NCBI GenBank assembly: GCA_030295235.1
Contig: AP026164.1
Span: 930,001-994,000 of the forward strand
Direction: 5' to 3'
DNA length: 64,000 bases
From: Fistulifera solaris
Lineage: Eukaryota
The position numbers were made by a program, and so were the translations under genes. Positions 49,238-61,086 of this stretch are shown here, piece by piece; position 1 is the first letter of the stretch, and every line of letters starts with the position of its first letter. The notes below the pieces were generated by a model, which saw nothing but the letters and a program-made list of their open reading frames with translations, ran no database searches and had not been told where the DNA came from.

Positions 49238-50385
49238 TCAATTCGAGAAAGTAGACCCTTCCCATTCCCCGTAGTCCCTAACTAGTTGAAAACGACAATG
49301 ATCGGCACCCATAGGCGAACGGCAGCCACAGTATTTCTCGTGAAGAATGTTCAACACGAATTCTTGAAGGTCTTCCGTAACGCTAGCCGGGTGAAGCCTT
49401 CGAGGCTACTCCTCGCTACGGAAATAAAGAATGGACAAGCAACCGGCAAATACTTCGAAAAGTGGTGCAATCGTTCGGTCATGCAGTTGCTGTTACAACC
49501 ATCGTGGGGCATAGTAAGGATATTTGCCAAATCATTGGGTAAGGCTTTTCCGTCGATGCAATGTTGTTGTATCACAGTGACCAACTCAACCACATCTTCC
49601 TTTTCTTCAAAGAACGCAGCCATTTTCATCATGTGTTCCTGTGATTCGGGCCTTGCTATAATGTCATTCCAACAGGATTGAAAGCGTTGCATCCACTGAA
49701 TATGATCCGACGACGTTGGATTGCCGTAATTGCGACATGGTATAGATCGATGCAAGAGACGGGCTAGTTGTTTGTCTTCGACAAACGGGTTGTGACAATA
49801 AAAGTAATCCAAGCAAACATCTAAGCCGTATATTGGCTGGAGTCGTTCCTGATAAGGAACGGGACTGACGAGCAACTGCAGTTCTTGTGGCAAGAGCAAT
49901 TCCAATCGAACATCGTCATCGTCTTGATAATACGGAACCGACCAACTGACTTTAAGTAGTGCATCGTGTGGCAAATCGAGAAACGATTCGACGTGCGTAT
50001 TGTCGGTAGGACTCCATGCGCCTACTTGAAGAGTGAAATCTCCGTCGGGAAGCTGTTGCATGGACGTTTGGAGAGGACGGATCCATTGAATGTGCTGTAG
50101 TCGCGCCGCCAATACCAAAGGCAATATCCATTCTGCAATACCGGAGGGTGTAGCATCGAGCGCATCATAGAGGGTTTCATGATCATGAAGAGTGTCATGT
50201 GGACGAAAACAGTGCTTTGCGGGACAGCGAGGACACGCGAGATCGGGATGGGCGTCCCAGTGCAGCAAGGACCACGAATTAAGGAGAGGCTTCTGACGAC
50301 GCAAAAGGAAATGAATATGTTCGAGAACGTGATGATGTGATTCGACGATAATGATCGGGATTTTCGGTGAGGTGCTCTTCGTCAT
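49238..50385 (-). CDS. UPF0489 (C5orf22-like) protein; frameshift near 49390
   Basis: IVESHHHVL, LHWDAHPDL, IAEWILP, LDVCLDYF..NPF, ISVARSS..GFTP. Restoring one C extends the ORF to TGA at 49238. Confidence 0.8.
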
Positions 50386-50948
50386 GGCGGCATTCTTTTT
50401 TACGTTTTCGTCCTATATTTATTGTGATGCACTACAGATATTGCAAGTTTAAATACTCAGTCATTGTAGCACAAGGGTCTTTTGCAGGATGAAAAGAGTT
50501 TGACGATCACCTTCTTTAGCAAGAGGAGCGCTGTCAATTATCATCTACTACGTATCATCGCTTGTCATCGGTGAAAGGTGGAATGAATGAATAATGTTGA
50601 CGCTCCCTTGTAAGGTTAGGAGTTAGGACGGAGGTAGGCAGGCGTCGAACGGAAATCGTAACGCTACCCACATGATCCGTTTCATCTCTTTAATCGCAAT
50701 AGTAATCTAGATATGACTTTTTGTCTCTCGCTCGAACTGTTCTTCCCCATGCTTTACGGTACCCGGTACCGGTACTTAATGTTGAAAGGTGGACGACGAC
50801 GGCTTTGATTTAGCGCTTGGCGGCCAACATCTCATAAACGGTCCGAATACCTCGTAAAGTCTATCAAACATCAAACAGGCTGCTAGTGAACGCTTGTGCA
50901 TTGTTGCTACTGTAATAATCCATTTACAGTGCTTCTTCTGACAAAAGA

Positions 50949-53900
50949 ATGGCAAAGTACGCCTACGCGCCGTTGTCAATTGTAAGTTTGCCGATTTTAA
51001 TTTCAATACACGTCTTTCTCGACGGCAGTTTGTCTCATTGTGTCATTTTCCGTGTTGCAGGACGAAGCGCGTCGCCGTCGTTCCTCCAATGATTTACCAC
51101 AACAAGCTCAAGATGATGACGCTCTTGTTCAAGAGCGTATGCCCATGTGTATCGGAATTTGTGTTCTCCTCGCCATTGTGTACGTATTGAGTCGAACCGG
51201 CGATCGCGATGCCATTGCTGTACAACCGCACAACAATGTTCGCGTGGAAAATCACCCGCAACTAGTTCCTACAGCACAGACTACGAACGACGATGACTGG
51301 GATGCATCCGCGCCTACCAAGAGCGCCGCCAAGCCGAGTAAGACACCCAGCGATAGCGTCTGCCACTGCGATCTAAGTCCCGACGAAGCCATGGGCGTAC
51401 TACGAGAACAAGCTCTCAGTCGCACGACACCTCATATTATTGAATGCGCCGCAGCCGATGCGGGGAAATCACAGGCGGCTTGCCATTTGCCCTCTGCGGA
51501 GCGTTTCGCGGCGCTCGGACAGAAGGGAGCGACTTTGTGGATGACTGGCTGCAGTGGAGCGGGCAAAACGACCATCGCGACGGCTCTCGAAGAGCAACTC
51601 GTCAAATATTATGGAAAACACGTGTATCGATTGGATGGTGATAACTTGAGGACGGGACTCAACCGTGATTTGGGGTTCAGTGCGGCCGATCGGGCCGAGT
51701 CGGTTCGTCGAACGGGAGAATTAGCGACACTCTTTGCCGATGCGGGTGTCATTACCCTGGTGGGATTGATTTCGCCGTATGCCGAAGATCGAGATGCGGT
51801 GCGAAAGCGTCATGAGGAGCAAAATATTCCATTCTATGAAGTCTTTTTGGACGTGCCGGTGGATGAACTAAAGAAGCGTGATCCGAAGGGTCAGTACGCG
51901 CGAGTCGAATCGGGTGAATTGAAACACTTCACCTGCATTGATGATCGTTATGATCCTCCAGTCAAACCAGAAATTACTCTCAAGACACATCAACTAGCGA
52001 TTGAAGAATCAGTCAATATTTTGTTGCGACGTCTCGAGCGGGATGGTATTCTTATGGGAGCACCGAAACTGGCTCCTCCTGGACTGCCGAATCCGGATGG
52101 TGATGTCATTGTCGATCTACATGTCCCGGAACATTTGCGAGAACAACGTCGAGCGGAAGCGGGAGACATTACCAAAGGTTCTTATCACAGACATTGATCT
52201 GAACTGGTTGCAAACGGTCGGAGAAGGTTGGGCAAGTCCTCTCAAAGGTTTCATGAGAGAAGGAACCTTATTGGAAACGCTGCATTTTAACTCGATCTTA
52301 ACAGATCCCTTCAATGTGACGGGCAATATTGATCGCCATGAAAAGAAGACGAATTTCGATCAGTTCCCCGAGCATCTGCCGCACAACCGTGTCAGCATGC
52401 CCATTCCGATCACTTTGGCATGTACTGCTTTTACCAAGACTGCTATTGAAAAATCCGGCAAGTCGGCTGTGGCGCTTGTCACACAAATGGGTGAAACCGT
52501 TGCCATTCTGCGTGATCCGGAAATATACAACAACCGCAAAGAGGAGATTGTGACGCGGATGTACGGTGTCATCGACTTTGATCATCCATATGTGAAGCAC
52601 ATCTATTCTGGTGGAGACTACTTGATTGGAGGAGAAGTGGAACTACTTGATCGCATTCGGTACAATGATGGTTTGGATCAGTGGCGCAAAACTGCTTCGG
52701 AACTCCTGAAAGAATTTCAAGACAAAGGTGCGGATACGGTGTACGCCTTTCAAACTCGGAACCCGACGCATTCAGGGCACGCTTATCTGATGCGTTCAGC
52801 GGGGAAGATCTTCGAAAGAAAGGTTACCAGAAACCCGTCTTGTGGCTGAGCCCTCTCGGTGGATGGACAAAGGAAGATGACGTTCCTCTTGATGTCCGCG
52901 TTAAGCAACACGAACATGTTCTAAAAGCCGGAATGTCCCATCCTGGAGGACTTGACCCGGAAACAACCGTCCTGGCTATCTGGCCCGCTCCTATGGTGTA
53001 TGCTGGACCAACGGAAGTTCAATTTCATGCCAAATCGCGCCGTAGCGCTGGTGCCTCTTACTTTGTCGTCGGTCGCGACCCAGCTGGTATGAAGGGTTCA
53101 CCCAATGCCCTCGCTCATCCTGATGATGATCTGTATGACGGCGACCACGGACGCTATGTGCTACAATACTCTCCAGGTCTTCAAGGAATGCAAATGCTCA
53201 GTTTTGTAAAAGTCATGTACGACATTTCCGACAACGTCATGAAAGTACCCGACCCAAGTCGAATGCAAGACTTCATTAGCATCAGTGGGACGAAGATGCG
53301 TCTCTTAGCGCGTAATGGTGCAACACCTTGCAGTCCAACTAACATACCAACTGATCTTGTCGCGGCAAATTGCATTCCAAGTGGATTCATGGTCCCAGAT
53401 GGATGGGAAACTGTCGTCGATTACTATCGAAATATTGACGTGCCTAGTCGCTGGACGCCATGGTCAAAACCAATTGTGAACCCTCCCGCAGACGCGCAAA
53501 CCAAGTACAAAGGAAAGCTGGGATTCACTTCTTTTATGCTTAGAAGTACGGCGGTTGACTCGTATTGGCATGACGTACCGGTGCGTTCGGAGAAGGGTAA
53601 CTTTGTCATCAACATGGTAACAGAGATCCCTATGCACATGACGGCCAAAATGGAACTCAACAAAGAGTTACCACACAATCCAATTATGCAGGATTCCAAC
53701 GATGATGGTTCGACTCGATATTACACGTACGGAACTCCGTTCTTCAACTACGGTTTGATTCCTCAAACATGGGAGGATCCATCGTTGAGGTCGACTGATG
53801 GTTTCGGTGGAGACAACGATCCTCTGGATGTCATGGAAATCGGAATGCATCCATTGAAAATGGGCGGCATCGTCCCTTGCCGTGTCATTGGTTCGTTAGA

Positions 53901-54234
53901 ATTGATTGACGAAGGCGAGACCGACCACAAAATTCTTTGCATTGCCCTTTCCGATCCCGACGCTAATCGAATCAATTCGATTGAAGATCTAGAGAAAGTT
54001 AAACCAGGTCATGTTGATCGTTTGGTCGACTGGTTGAAGATGTACAAGACGAGCGATGGCAAGCCCGAAAACAAACTAGCTTCAGAAACACCTCGATCTG
54101 CGAAAGAAGCCATGATGGTAGTCAAGGAAATGCACGAACGCTGGAAAGCATTGTGTGGCAAGGGTGGCGATTTCACGCACACCGAAAAAACGAAGAGCTT
54201 GTGGTTGAACAGTCCGGGTTGCCGGGGTAGTTAA
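50949..54234 (+). CDS. PAPSS: APS kinase-ATP sulfurylase-inorganic pyrophosphatase fusion with N-terminal TM anchor; exon 1 50949-50981, intron 50982-51060; frameshifts near 52162 and 52802
   Basis: Kinase: LWMTGCSGAGKTT, LDGDNLR, RDPKG. Sulfurylase: GWASPLKGFMRE, AFQTRNPTHSGH, VGRDPAG. Family I PPase: NYGLIPQTWEDP, GDNDPLDV, LIDEGETDHK, YKTSDGKPEN. Confidence 0.93.
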
Positions 54235-54297
54235 GAGCCACCCAGTCTATACTAAAAAATTGTGATGCTTCAAATTTTATGCATGCTGACTAAGATT

Positions 54298-55167
54298 CTA
54301 TATTCTTGGAAACAAGACTTCATTCAACACTCTTTGCGTCCATTCTTCTCCATACAACGACTTGAGCATGGGTTTCGCGGGATCGTTTGCCAGTCTGTAC
54401 TCGATATAATTCGTCTGTCGATTGAGCGATTTTGTTGCCGGCCGTGAAAGTAACTGAACGTAAATATTCAAGTGTTCTCGAGCGGCTTCGAGTAAGTGAG
54501 TTTGCATTCGTTCAACAGGGTCTTTTACGTCTTCTCCGAACCTAGTCCATAGAGAATACTTCGAAACATACTGTTGCACAGCTTCTGGCATTTCTCCTCC
54601 CCATGGGAACCGTGAAGCTATTTGTTGATTTTCGTACCAATCTCGCCAATGCTCAGCATAATTATCCGACCCACTCATAGGTTGAGCATCGAGTAGTAGC
54701 AAGTGCCGCCCGCCTGGTAAACTAACAAAATCACAACTCCACACGGGCCAATCTGACAATCGGTCTGGGAACACGACCAGATTGAGCACTTGCGGCACTT
54801 CGGGTGCCTCCAGTAAAGCCAGACGCGCGTAACGGACGGGACCAGTTGTGGCACTCAAAGCTCTGGTTTCGATGTGGACATTTTTTGCAAAGTTTGTGGA
54901 TAATATCTCGTCATAATGAACCTCGGATAACTCGGGGAATGACTTGGAAATAACATTCCAAGCCATCTCTGCAATCGGTCTATACAGTCCTTCCACCTTG
55001 TTTTCTTCTTCTTTGTTATGATTCGGATTGTTGGACGTTGCTCGAATCGGTGGCCGAGGAATAGATTGACGATGAAGAAAAGACGATGCAAATCGGCCCA
55101 TCACAATCGCGACGATGAATATGAACACAGGAAATGACGCTGCTTTAGAGTTTCGCTTCTTCATCAT
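54298..55167 (-). CDS. Ferredoxin-dependent bilin reductase, PebB/HY2-like, plastid-targeted
   Basis: QVLNLVVFP, CDFVSLPGG, LDAQP, PWGGEMP, LWTR, YIEYR..NDPAKPMLKSLYGEEWT..EVLF. Signal ending ASS-F. Confidence 0.85.
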   Translation of the reverse strand: MMKKRNSKAASFPVFIFIVAIVMGRFASSFLHRQSIPRPPIRATSNNPNHNKEEENKVEGLYRPIAEMAWNVISKSFPELSEVHYDEILSTNFAKNVHIETRALSATTGPVRYARLALLEAPEVPQVLNLVVFPDRLSDWPVWSCDFVSLPGGRHLLLLDAQPMSGSDNYAEHWRDWYENQQIASRFPWGGEMPEAVQQYVSKYSLWTRFGEDVKDPVERMQTHLLEAAREHLNIYVQLLSRPATKSLNRQTNYIEYRLANDPAKPMLKSLYGEEWTQRVLNEVLFPRI

Positions 55168-55750
55168 TGCTCTCTTTAGTCTTAAGGAATCCGTTGGCCT
55201 TGTTTTGTATTAGGTACGTTGTTTTATAACTCGGTAACTGTCAAGTACTGTAATGATGAATGAATGATACAAGATACTTGTACAACCTCATTTTTTATGC
55301 TTGTTCGTCTGCTCGTCGCGTAAAAAAAAAACGCAGAAAGTGCTTCGTGACTGACGACTTAGTCTTGGTATCCGGTCTGTTAGCCGTCCGTATGCATCGT
55401 GATGATGCATGACGAGATGATGAATGATGACGGCGGCCGATGCAGAGGAGAAACGTCGACACAACCAAAATGCACTAGAGAAAAAAGTGAAGTGCCATGT
55501 CGCACCGACTGTTATTTTTCGTCACCACCTGCACACACGCTCGCTCCCGTTGATTACTTACTTTTCGACAGTGCAAAACTGCAACGTGCCGATCAAAAAC
55601 GCAACCTCGTCTTTTTCGCCCTTTCGACGACCACGGAACCGAGGAAAACAGAAAACGTGGCCTGCCTCATCCGGATCCTCCTTGCGGAAGACAACCTCAT
55701 TGTGTCTCTCCCGTGTCGCGTTCCCTATAATTCAAAAAAACTGAGCAACG

Positions 55751-57039
55751 ATGTGCCGCAAACCGGTAGAATTAACTCCTAAACCCACTGCTCCGCTCGC
55801 AGAGCACGATGCGTGGCTCGCCAAGTTTGATTATGAAGGTTTTACGACCGAAATACGCGCTTTGGGCAAGAGGCTTGAAGCCGAGCAAGGAGAGAAGGAC
55901 GTAAATCACTTGAACAAGATGATCTTCTGGTCAAACAGCTTTGCTACTATCGGCTTTCTGACCGCTGGTTTCAGCGTCAATGCCATTACAATCTTCTGCA
56001 TCTCTACTTTTATTTTCACTCGTTGGGCTTGCATTGCTCATCACACGTGCCATGGAGGTTATCAAAACTGCCATCCGAATTTGGATCGCTGGTCTCGTTT
56101 TAAATTTGGTCTCGGTACATTTTGGAGGCGTTACAATGACTTCTTCGACTGGATGCTTCCGGAAGCCTGGAATGTGGAGCACAACAATCGCCACCACTAC
56201 AATCTTTCCGAACTCACCGATCCAGATTTGGTTGAGAACAACACCAAACTGCTGCGTGAACTCAATGTCCCTAGTTTCATGAAGTATCCCATGGTAGTCT
56301 TCTTCATGTGCACTTGGAAATGGTTTTATTACAGTGCCAACACCTTCAAGGAACTAAAACTAGCGCAGTGGCGCCGCGAAGGACGCAAGATCCCTGAGGG
56401 TATTGTCCCGGAGGACCAGATTACCGTCAAGTCCGTCATCTTTGGTCAGAATCCTTTCTATTCTCTTGCGGAGTACTTCACAGTCGTCTTTGGTCCGTAT
56501 TTTATTATGCACTTCCTCGTAGGTCCTATTCCCTGGTACTTTCTCGGTGAGTATCTTGACGGATACACGGGACGACAAATGTTCATGACGGCTTTGACAA
56601 ATCTTGTCTTGGCCGACGTTCTATCCAACATGCACGCCTTCTTGTGCGTGGTGACAAATCACGCTGGAGACGACATGTACCGCTTCCGTAACGCTTGCCG
56701 TCCGTACTCGGGATCATTCTTTTGCGTCAAGTCTTGGCGTCCGCCAACTACGACATGGGAACGGACTTGATCGACTTTTTTCATGCGTACCTGAATTATC
56801 AGGTAGAGCACCATTTGTGGCCGAGCTTGAGCATGAAGAGTTACCAACTTGCGGCACCGGAAGTTCAAGCGATTTGCAAGAAATACGGAGTCCCCTACAC
56901 GAAGCACAATGTATTCTGGCGTCTGAAGAAAACTGTTGATATTATGGTGGGAAACACAAGTATGCGTTGGTTCCCAGAGGAGTATGAGGCTTTGCTTCTC
57001 GAAAAGGACGCTCAAATGGAAGAAATCAAAACCAAGTAG
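55751..57039 (+). CDS. Membrane fatty-acid desaturase without a fused cytochrome b5; frameshift near 56720
   Basis: Three His boxes HHTCH, HNNRHH and QVEHH (LNYQVEHHLWP). No HPGG b5 domain at the N-terminus. Confidence 0.88.
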
Positions 57040-57201
57040 AGCTCTCACACTCTATGTATGAATTAGGGCTAATGAACTAAAGAATAACAACCAGATATTT
57101 GACTTTGGTGAAATAGACAGAAATAGAGAAAGTCGATTCCGCATCCGTGGGATTGGTGCCTCGGGCTGCTCAAATTGCAGAAAATGTTGGTTTGTTACAT
57201 C

Positions 57202-57788
57202 TTACTGACTACATTGGACAGCATCTAAGTCAATTTCTTCTTCTCCATCATCATTATTCTCGTTTTCGTCACCATCCTCTATTCGTTTCGCGATTTCTAC
57301 TGGGTCTGTTGGGCACGTGTTCTCATCGCCATCGCTGTATTTCCACCATTCAGGCTCTGCTTGCGCAAGTGTTGTACAAATGATCTTGAAGCTATCCATC
57401 ACAGTTTGTAACGTGGCGTGGACTTTTTCAAAGCTTCCTTTTGTCATATTGACCGGCAGCCCGCATTCTAGACTCGACTATTAGAATTATGTAGTTCAGG
57501 CCCGAAAATGCTAACACACTTACCAGGGCAATGGGCGTCGTCGCAATTGTGATTTTCGATACATTTTCGACAAAAGGAATGACCGCAAGCTGCCAAGCTG
57601 ACAGGATCGACGTATATACACTTACAAAGTGAACACTTTAATAGTTCCTTCATTTCTAACAAAGCTTTTCTCATTTCCGGCGTCCCTTGGCTGGCCTGGC
57701 TCAGTACGGCATCAATGGTCGACTCCAAAATCGCTTGTTCGGTCTCTTGTTCAAGCCATTCTTTTCGTTTGGATGCTCGACTTGTCAT
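57202..57788 (-). CDS. C3HC4 RING finger protein; intron 57468-57523
   Basis: CSLC...CGHSFCRKC...CP|ECG, completed by splicing GTAAGT...CTAG. Confidence 0.8.
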
Positions 57789-58129
57789 GACGTATGTATA
57801 TGAAGATGTTGTGATATGACCGTGGTGTAATAATAAAAGTACGGAGTAAGTTGTAACGAAAGTACCGGTATGGCGAAAAATGACACAATGTTTTTTGATT
57901 TGTCGCCTCCTCTCAATTCTCAATCGGGACAATTTGGTCGTGAGTTATGCGTCAGTAACGGCTTTAAGCACCTAACTCGTAACCTTATATCTGGTACCGT
58001 ACCGGTTTCAGTTAGATTAAGGGTACTGGTACATGTACCTGCCGAGATGCTTGCGATCAAAGTTGAAAGACGAATTGTGCGATGATCGATGATCGATGAT
58101 CCATTTTGTTGCAAAAAGATTAATCGAAA

Positions 58130-59118
58130 ATGATATCCACATCAAAATTAAATGAAGGATCACTTCTTGCCCGGGTGGTCGAAAATTTAATGACCAAGGA
58201 AGATCCGTTGCATTTGCACAAGTCTCTTGGAATAGCGTGTTTGACGTCGTTTCTTTGGCGTTTTTCATACATAAATAACCCTTCTGCCGATCTTGCTTTC
58301 GCTTTTTTTCCACAACTCACTTTCACTACCATTCTGCTGCATCTTTTTTTGAATTTTAGTAGTTTTGAGTTTCATTTACCCGAGAAACGAATCTCCAGTG
58401 GCTATCGTATTTGGCCAGAATATCGCCTTCATTCTTTGGTTTTTCTGATTCGGTCTCTTATTCTCATGACAATCTACTGGCACGAGAGCTTGTTTGGTAT
58501 AGAGCCAAACTATTGGTTGAACGGACTAGTCGTCTTAGGCAGTATGGCAGCCGCAGATCTCGCCAGCGCATCTTGCAAGCACCAATCTTCCACCATTCGA
58601 GCTCTACAAGCGCCGAATATAGTCAAATATTACTTCTCTGTTATGCAGTTCTGTGCGACAGCAACCTGCCTGTACGGATTGAGACGATTTACGGTGCAAT
58701 TCTATTTCGTCATGATCATCCAATGCAACGCTTTTCTCATGACACTCCGAAGAAAAAACTTGATGCCTCATCAAGTGGGGTTGTTCTCTACGGCATCGGT
58801 CTAGTCCTGGGCTTAGCGTTGGCTATTATTGAATATGACCGGGCCGGGGGTCTGGATTGCGTACGCAGTGTGACGTTGGTGGCCTGCTCTGCTGCACTTT
58901 GGAGAATGGGTCCGTGGAGCGAACGGTTCAAGAACAAGTACTTGATTTGGGCGGCGGAATGCTTATTCTTGAACCTCGTCATTCGGCCTTCCCTTGAAAG
59001 CGACTACCCGTTGCTACGATCACAACTAGGTCGGCTAGCAGACACATCGATGTCGCTGGTCGTTCTGTACGGTATCTCTACGAGCCTCCCAAACGAGAAG
59101 AGAAGGAATGTCAAATGA
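58130..59118 (+). CDS. Polytopic membrane protein of unknown function; frameshift near 58778
   Basis: Two hydrophobic ORFs joined at a G-run. Polar motifs TKEDPLHLHK, IWPEYRLHS and QCNAFLMTLRRK lie between TM segments. Confidence 0.7.
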
Positions 59119-59342
59119 AGCGTCTGCTTCACTACTTTTGCTCCAAATAGACTACGTACTACCTTCCCGTTTATGGACGATTCCATGCTTTACGTTGCAC
59201 TTATGATAGTTAATTTGCACATGCGACCCTGGTTGTGCTTGACATACTTTCGTCGTAGTGTATCCAAGGCGTAAAATCCACTATATTTAGGGACTTCTGA
59301 TACACGAATGATAACAGCGAGCATATTGCTTTTCTAGGTGTC

Positions 59343-60253
59343 CTAATTCTTGCGAAAAATAACCGAGAGATTGTTGGCAGGCATCTCAACAGTCTCCTCC
59401 AGCTTTAGACCATTCAATTCTGCGAGTTTCGTTACCTCTTCCAAATCTCTTACACCCCAGGAAGGATTTCGACTTTTCAAAGATTGGTCAAACACACTGC
59501 GATAAATACAAAAGTGAGATATGCAGGTTGTCGTTTTATTACAAGCGTCTAACCAATCACTTACAGATTCGACTCCACACAGGATCCTCCGACTCTGTAT
59601 GGGCCGTAGAGGAAAAGTACCCCATTTATTTTTAATTTTGAACCAGCGATACGCATCAGACCTTCCGTTGCCGACCAGGGTGCTATGTGAATCATATTGA
59701 TAGCCATCATCACATCGAGTGAGGCTGGTAACAATTGCTGCGTTTCTTTCTCGCAAATCCCGTCTGAATCTAATGTGAGTGGAGCCGCTGGAGAGACTAA
59801 CGATAAAAGATCTTGCTCAACCTTCAATCGAGCTTCTATAGACTGTCGCGAGGGTTCATCTGGGTCTGTAGGAATCCATCGAAAGTTAACACAGGCTGTT
59901 TTTAACATTCGGGCAAAGTGAATGGTATGCACTCCTGATCCTGCAGCGATTTCTAGAATCTGGAAGGGCCCCTTGGAATCTACGCTTGATTTGAATATCT
60001 TGGATTGCAAAATTTCCCATATTGGAGCTTTGTTGCGCTCTGCAGACGGTGATTCCAGGATATTCTTCGATGAGAGCATCCCTACTGGAAGTAGAATTGA
60101 AGGCGACCCCGCAAATTGCCGAGCCTTCGATAACGCAGTCGGTTGTGACAAGAATCCTGCTTTGGTCCGTCCAGCAGCTAGTGATGAGCAAGTTATTTTC
60201 AATACAAAGAATAATGAGAAAGTTTTTCTTTGAAAGTTCTTGAACCAGATCAT
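59343..60253 (-). CDS. METTL26: METTL26/DUF938 SAM-dependent methyltransferase; intron 59497-59564
   Basis: SAERNKAPI, LEIAAGSGVH, INMIHIAPW, LYGPY, spliced ESNL|VFDQSLKSRNPSWGVRD, EMPANNL. Confidence 0.9.
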
Positions 60254-61086
60254 TATTTTCCCTCAGCTTTGTCGTTTTGTCGTCGAAACTCGAAACGAAA
60301 AACGAGCGAACGAGGCGCAGCAAGAATTCGCGAGGGTTGAGGTTACGTCCACTCATCAAAAAAATCATCGTTCGTAGGTCGTACATTTGGCGGGGATGGG
60401 AGCAGTTCGCGGACTGCTCGGAGTCTCTGAGCCAGAGTGTGGATAGCGGACCGTTGAATTCTGGTCACATAGGTTCTTTTCTCGCCACTCCGTCGTAAGA
60501 CTCGAGCTACTTGAAAGCTGATGGCGTTTACATCCTATAGAGAAATAAGAAAACTCACTTATTAGAGGACACTTCGATCTTGGTTATTGATTCAGAAATC
60601 CGCTTAACTAATAATCTAACGGATACTTGTCGCGCAAGCCGGTCTCTACTATGGCCTTTCGATGAAAACGGATCAACGTACCTGGTACTCTTGCGTAGTG
60701 AATCTACTTGCAAGCTGGCTTTGCTGTGTGGACGAGAGACTTTGTCGCCGTCATCGTCGTTCATCTCTCGTCCACGCGGGGAGAAACTAAACAGAACAGA
60801 GATACCGTGGGAATATTCTAACGTCTGAAACCATTGTCATCAGACTTTGATTATTCATCACAACAGATAACTTCATTGACTTGTGCTGAGGGCCGTTGCG
60901 CTAGCGCGAGGAGCGACAAAGCCAAACTTCACACCGTCGTCGAAAGAAAGTCGCAAGGATCTTATTACTGTTGCAGGTCCTCTAACTTCAACCGAGACGC
61001 TCATTCTTCTTTCTGTGATACTTCTCGCAAGGTGATAGGTAAAGACCCGGTGTGGCCCTGCAGATTTTTAGAAAAATCTCAGCAAC

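Noticed and set aside
17821..54234. A sulfur-metabolism gene cluster (OvoA plus PAPS synthase)
   Set aside because: The genes are about 30 kb apart with many unrelated housekeeping genes between them, and there is no evidence of co-regulation.
892..59118. Programmed ribosomal frameshifting
   Set aside because: Breaks occur in both directions at assorted homopolymers with no shared slippery motif. Sequencing error is the simpler explanation.
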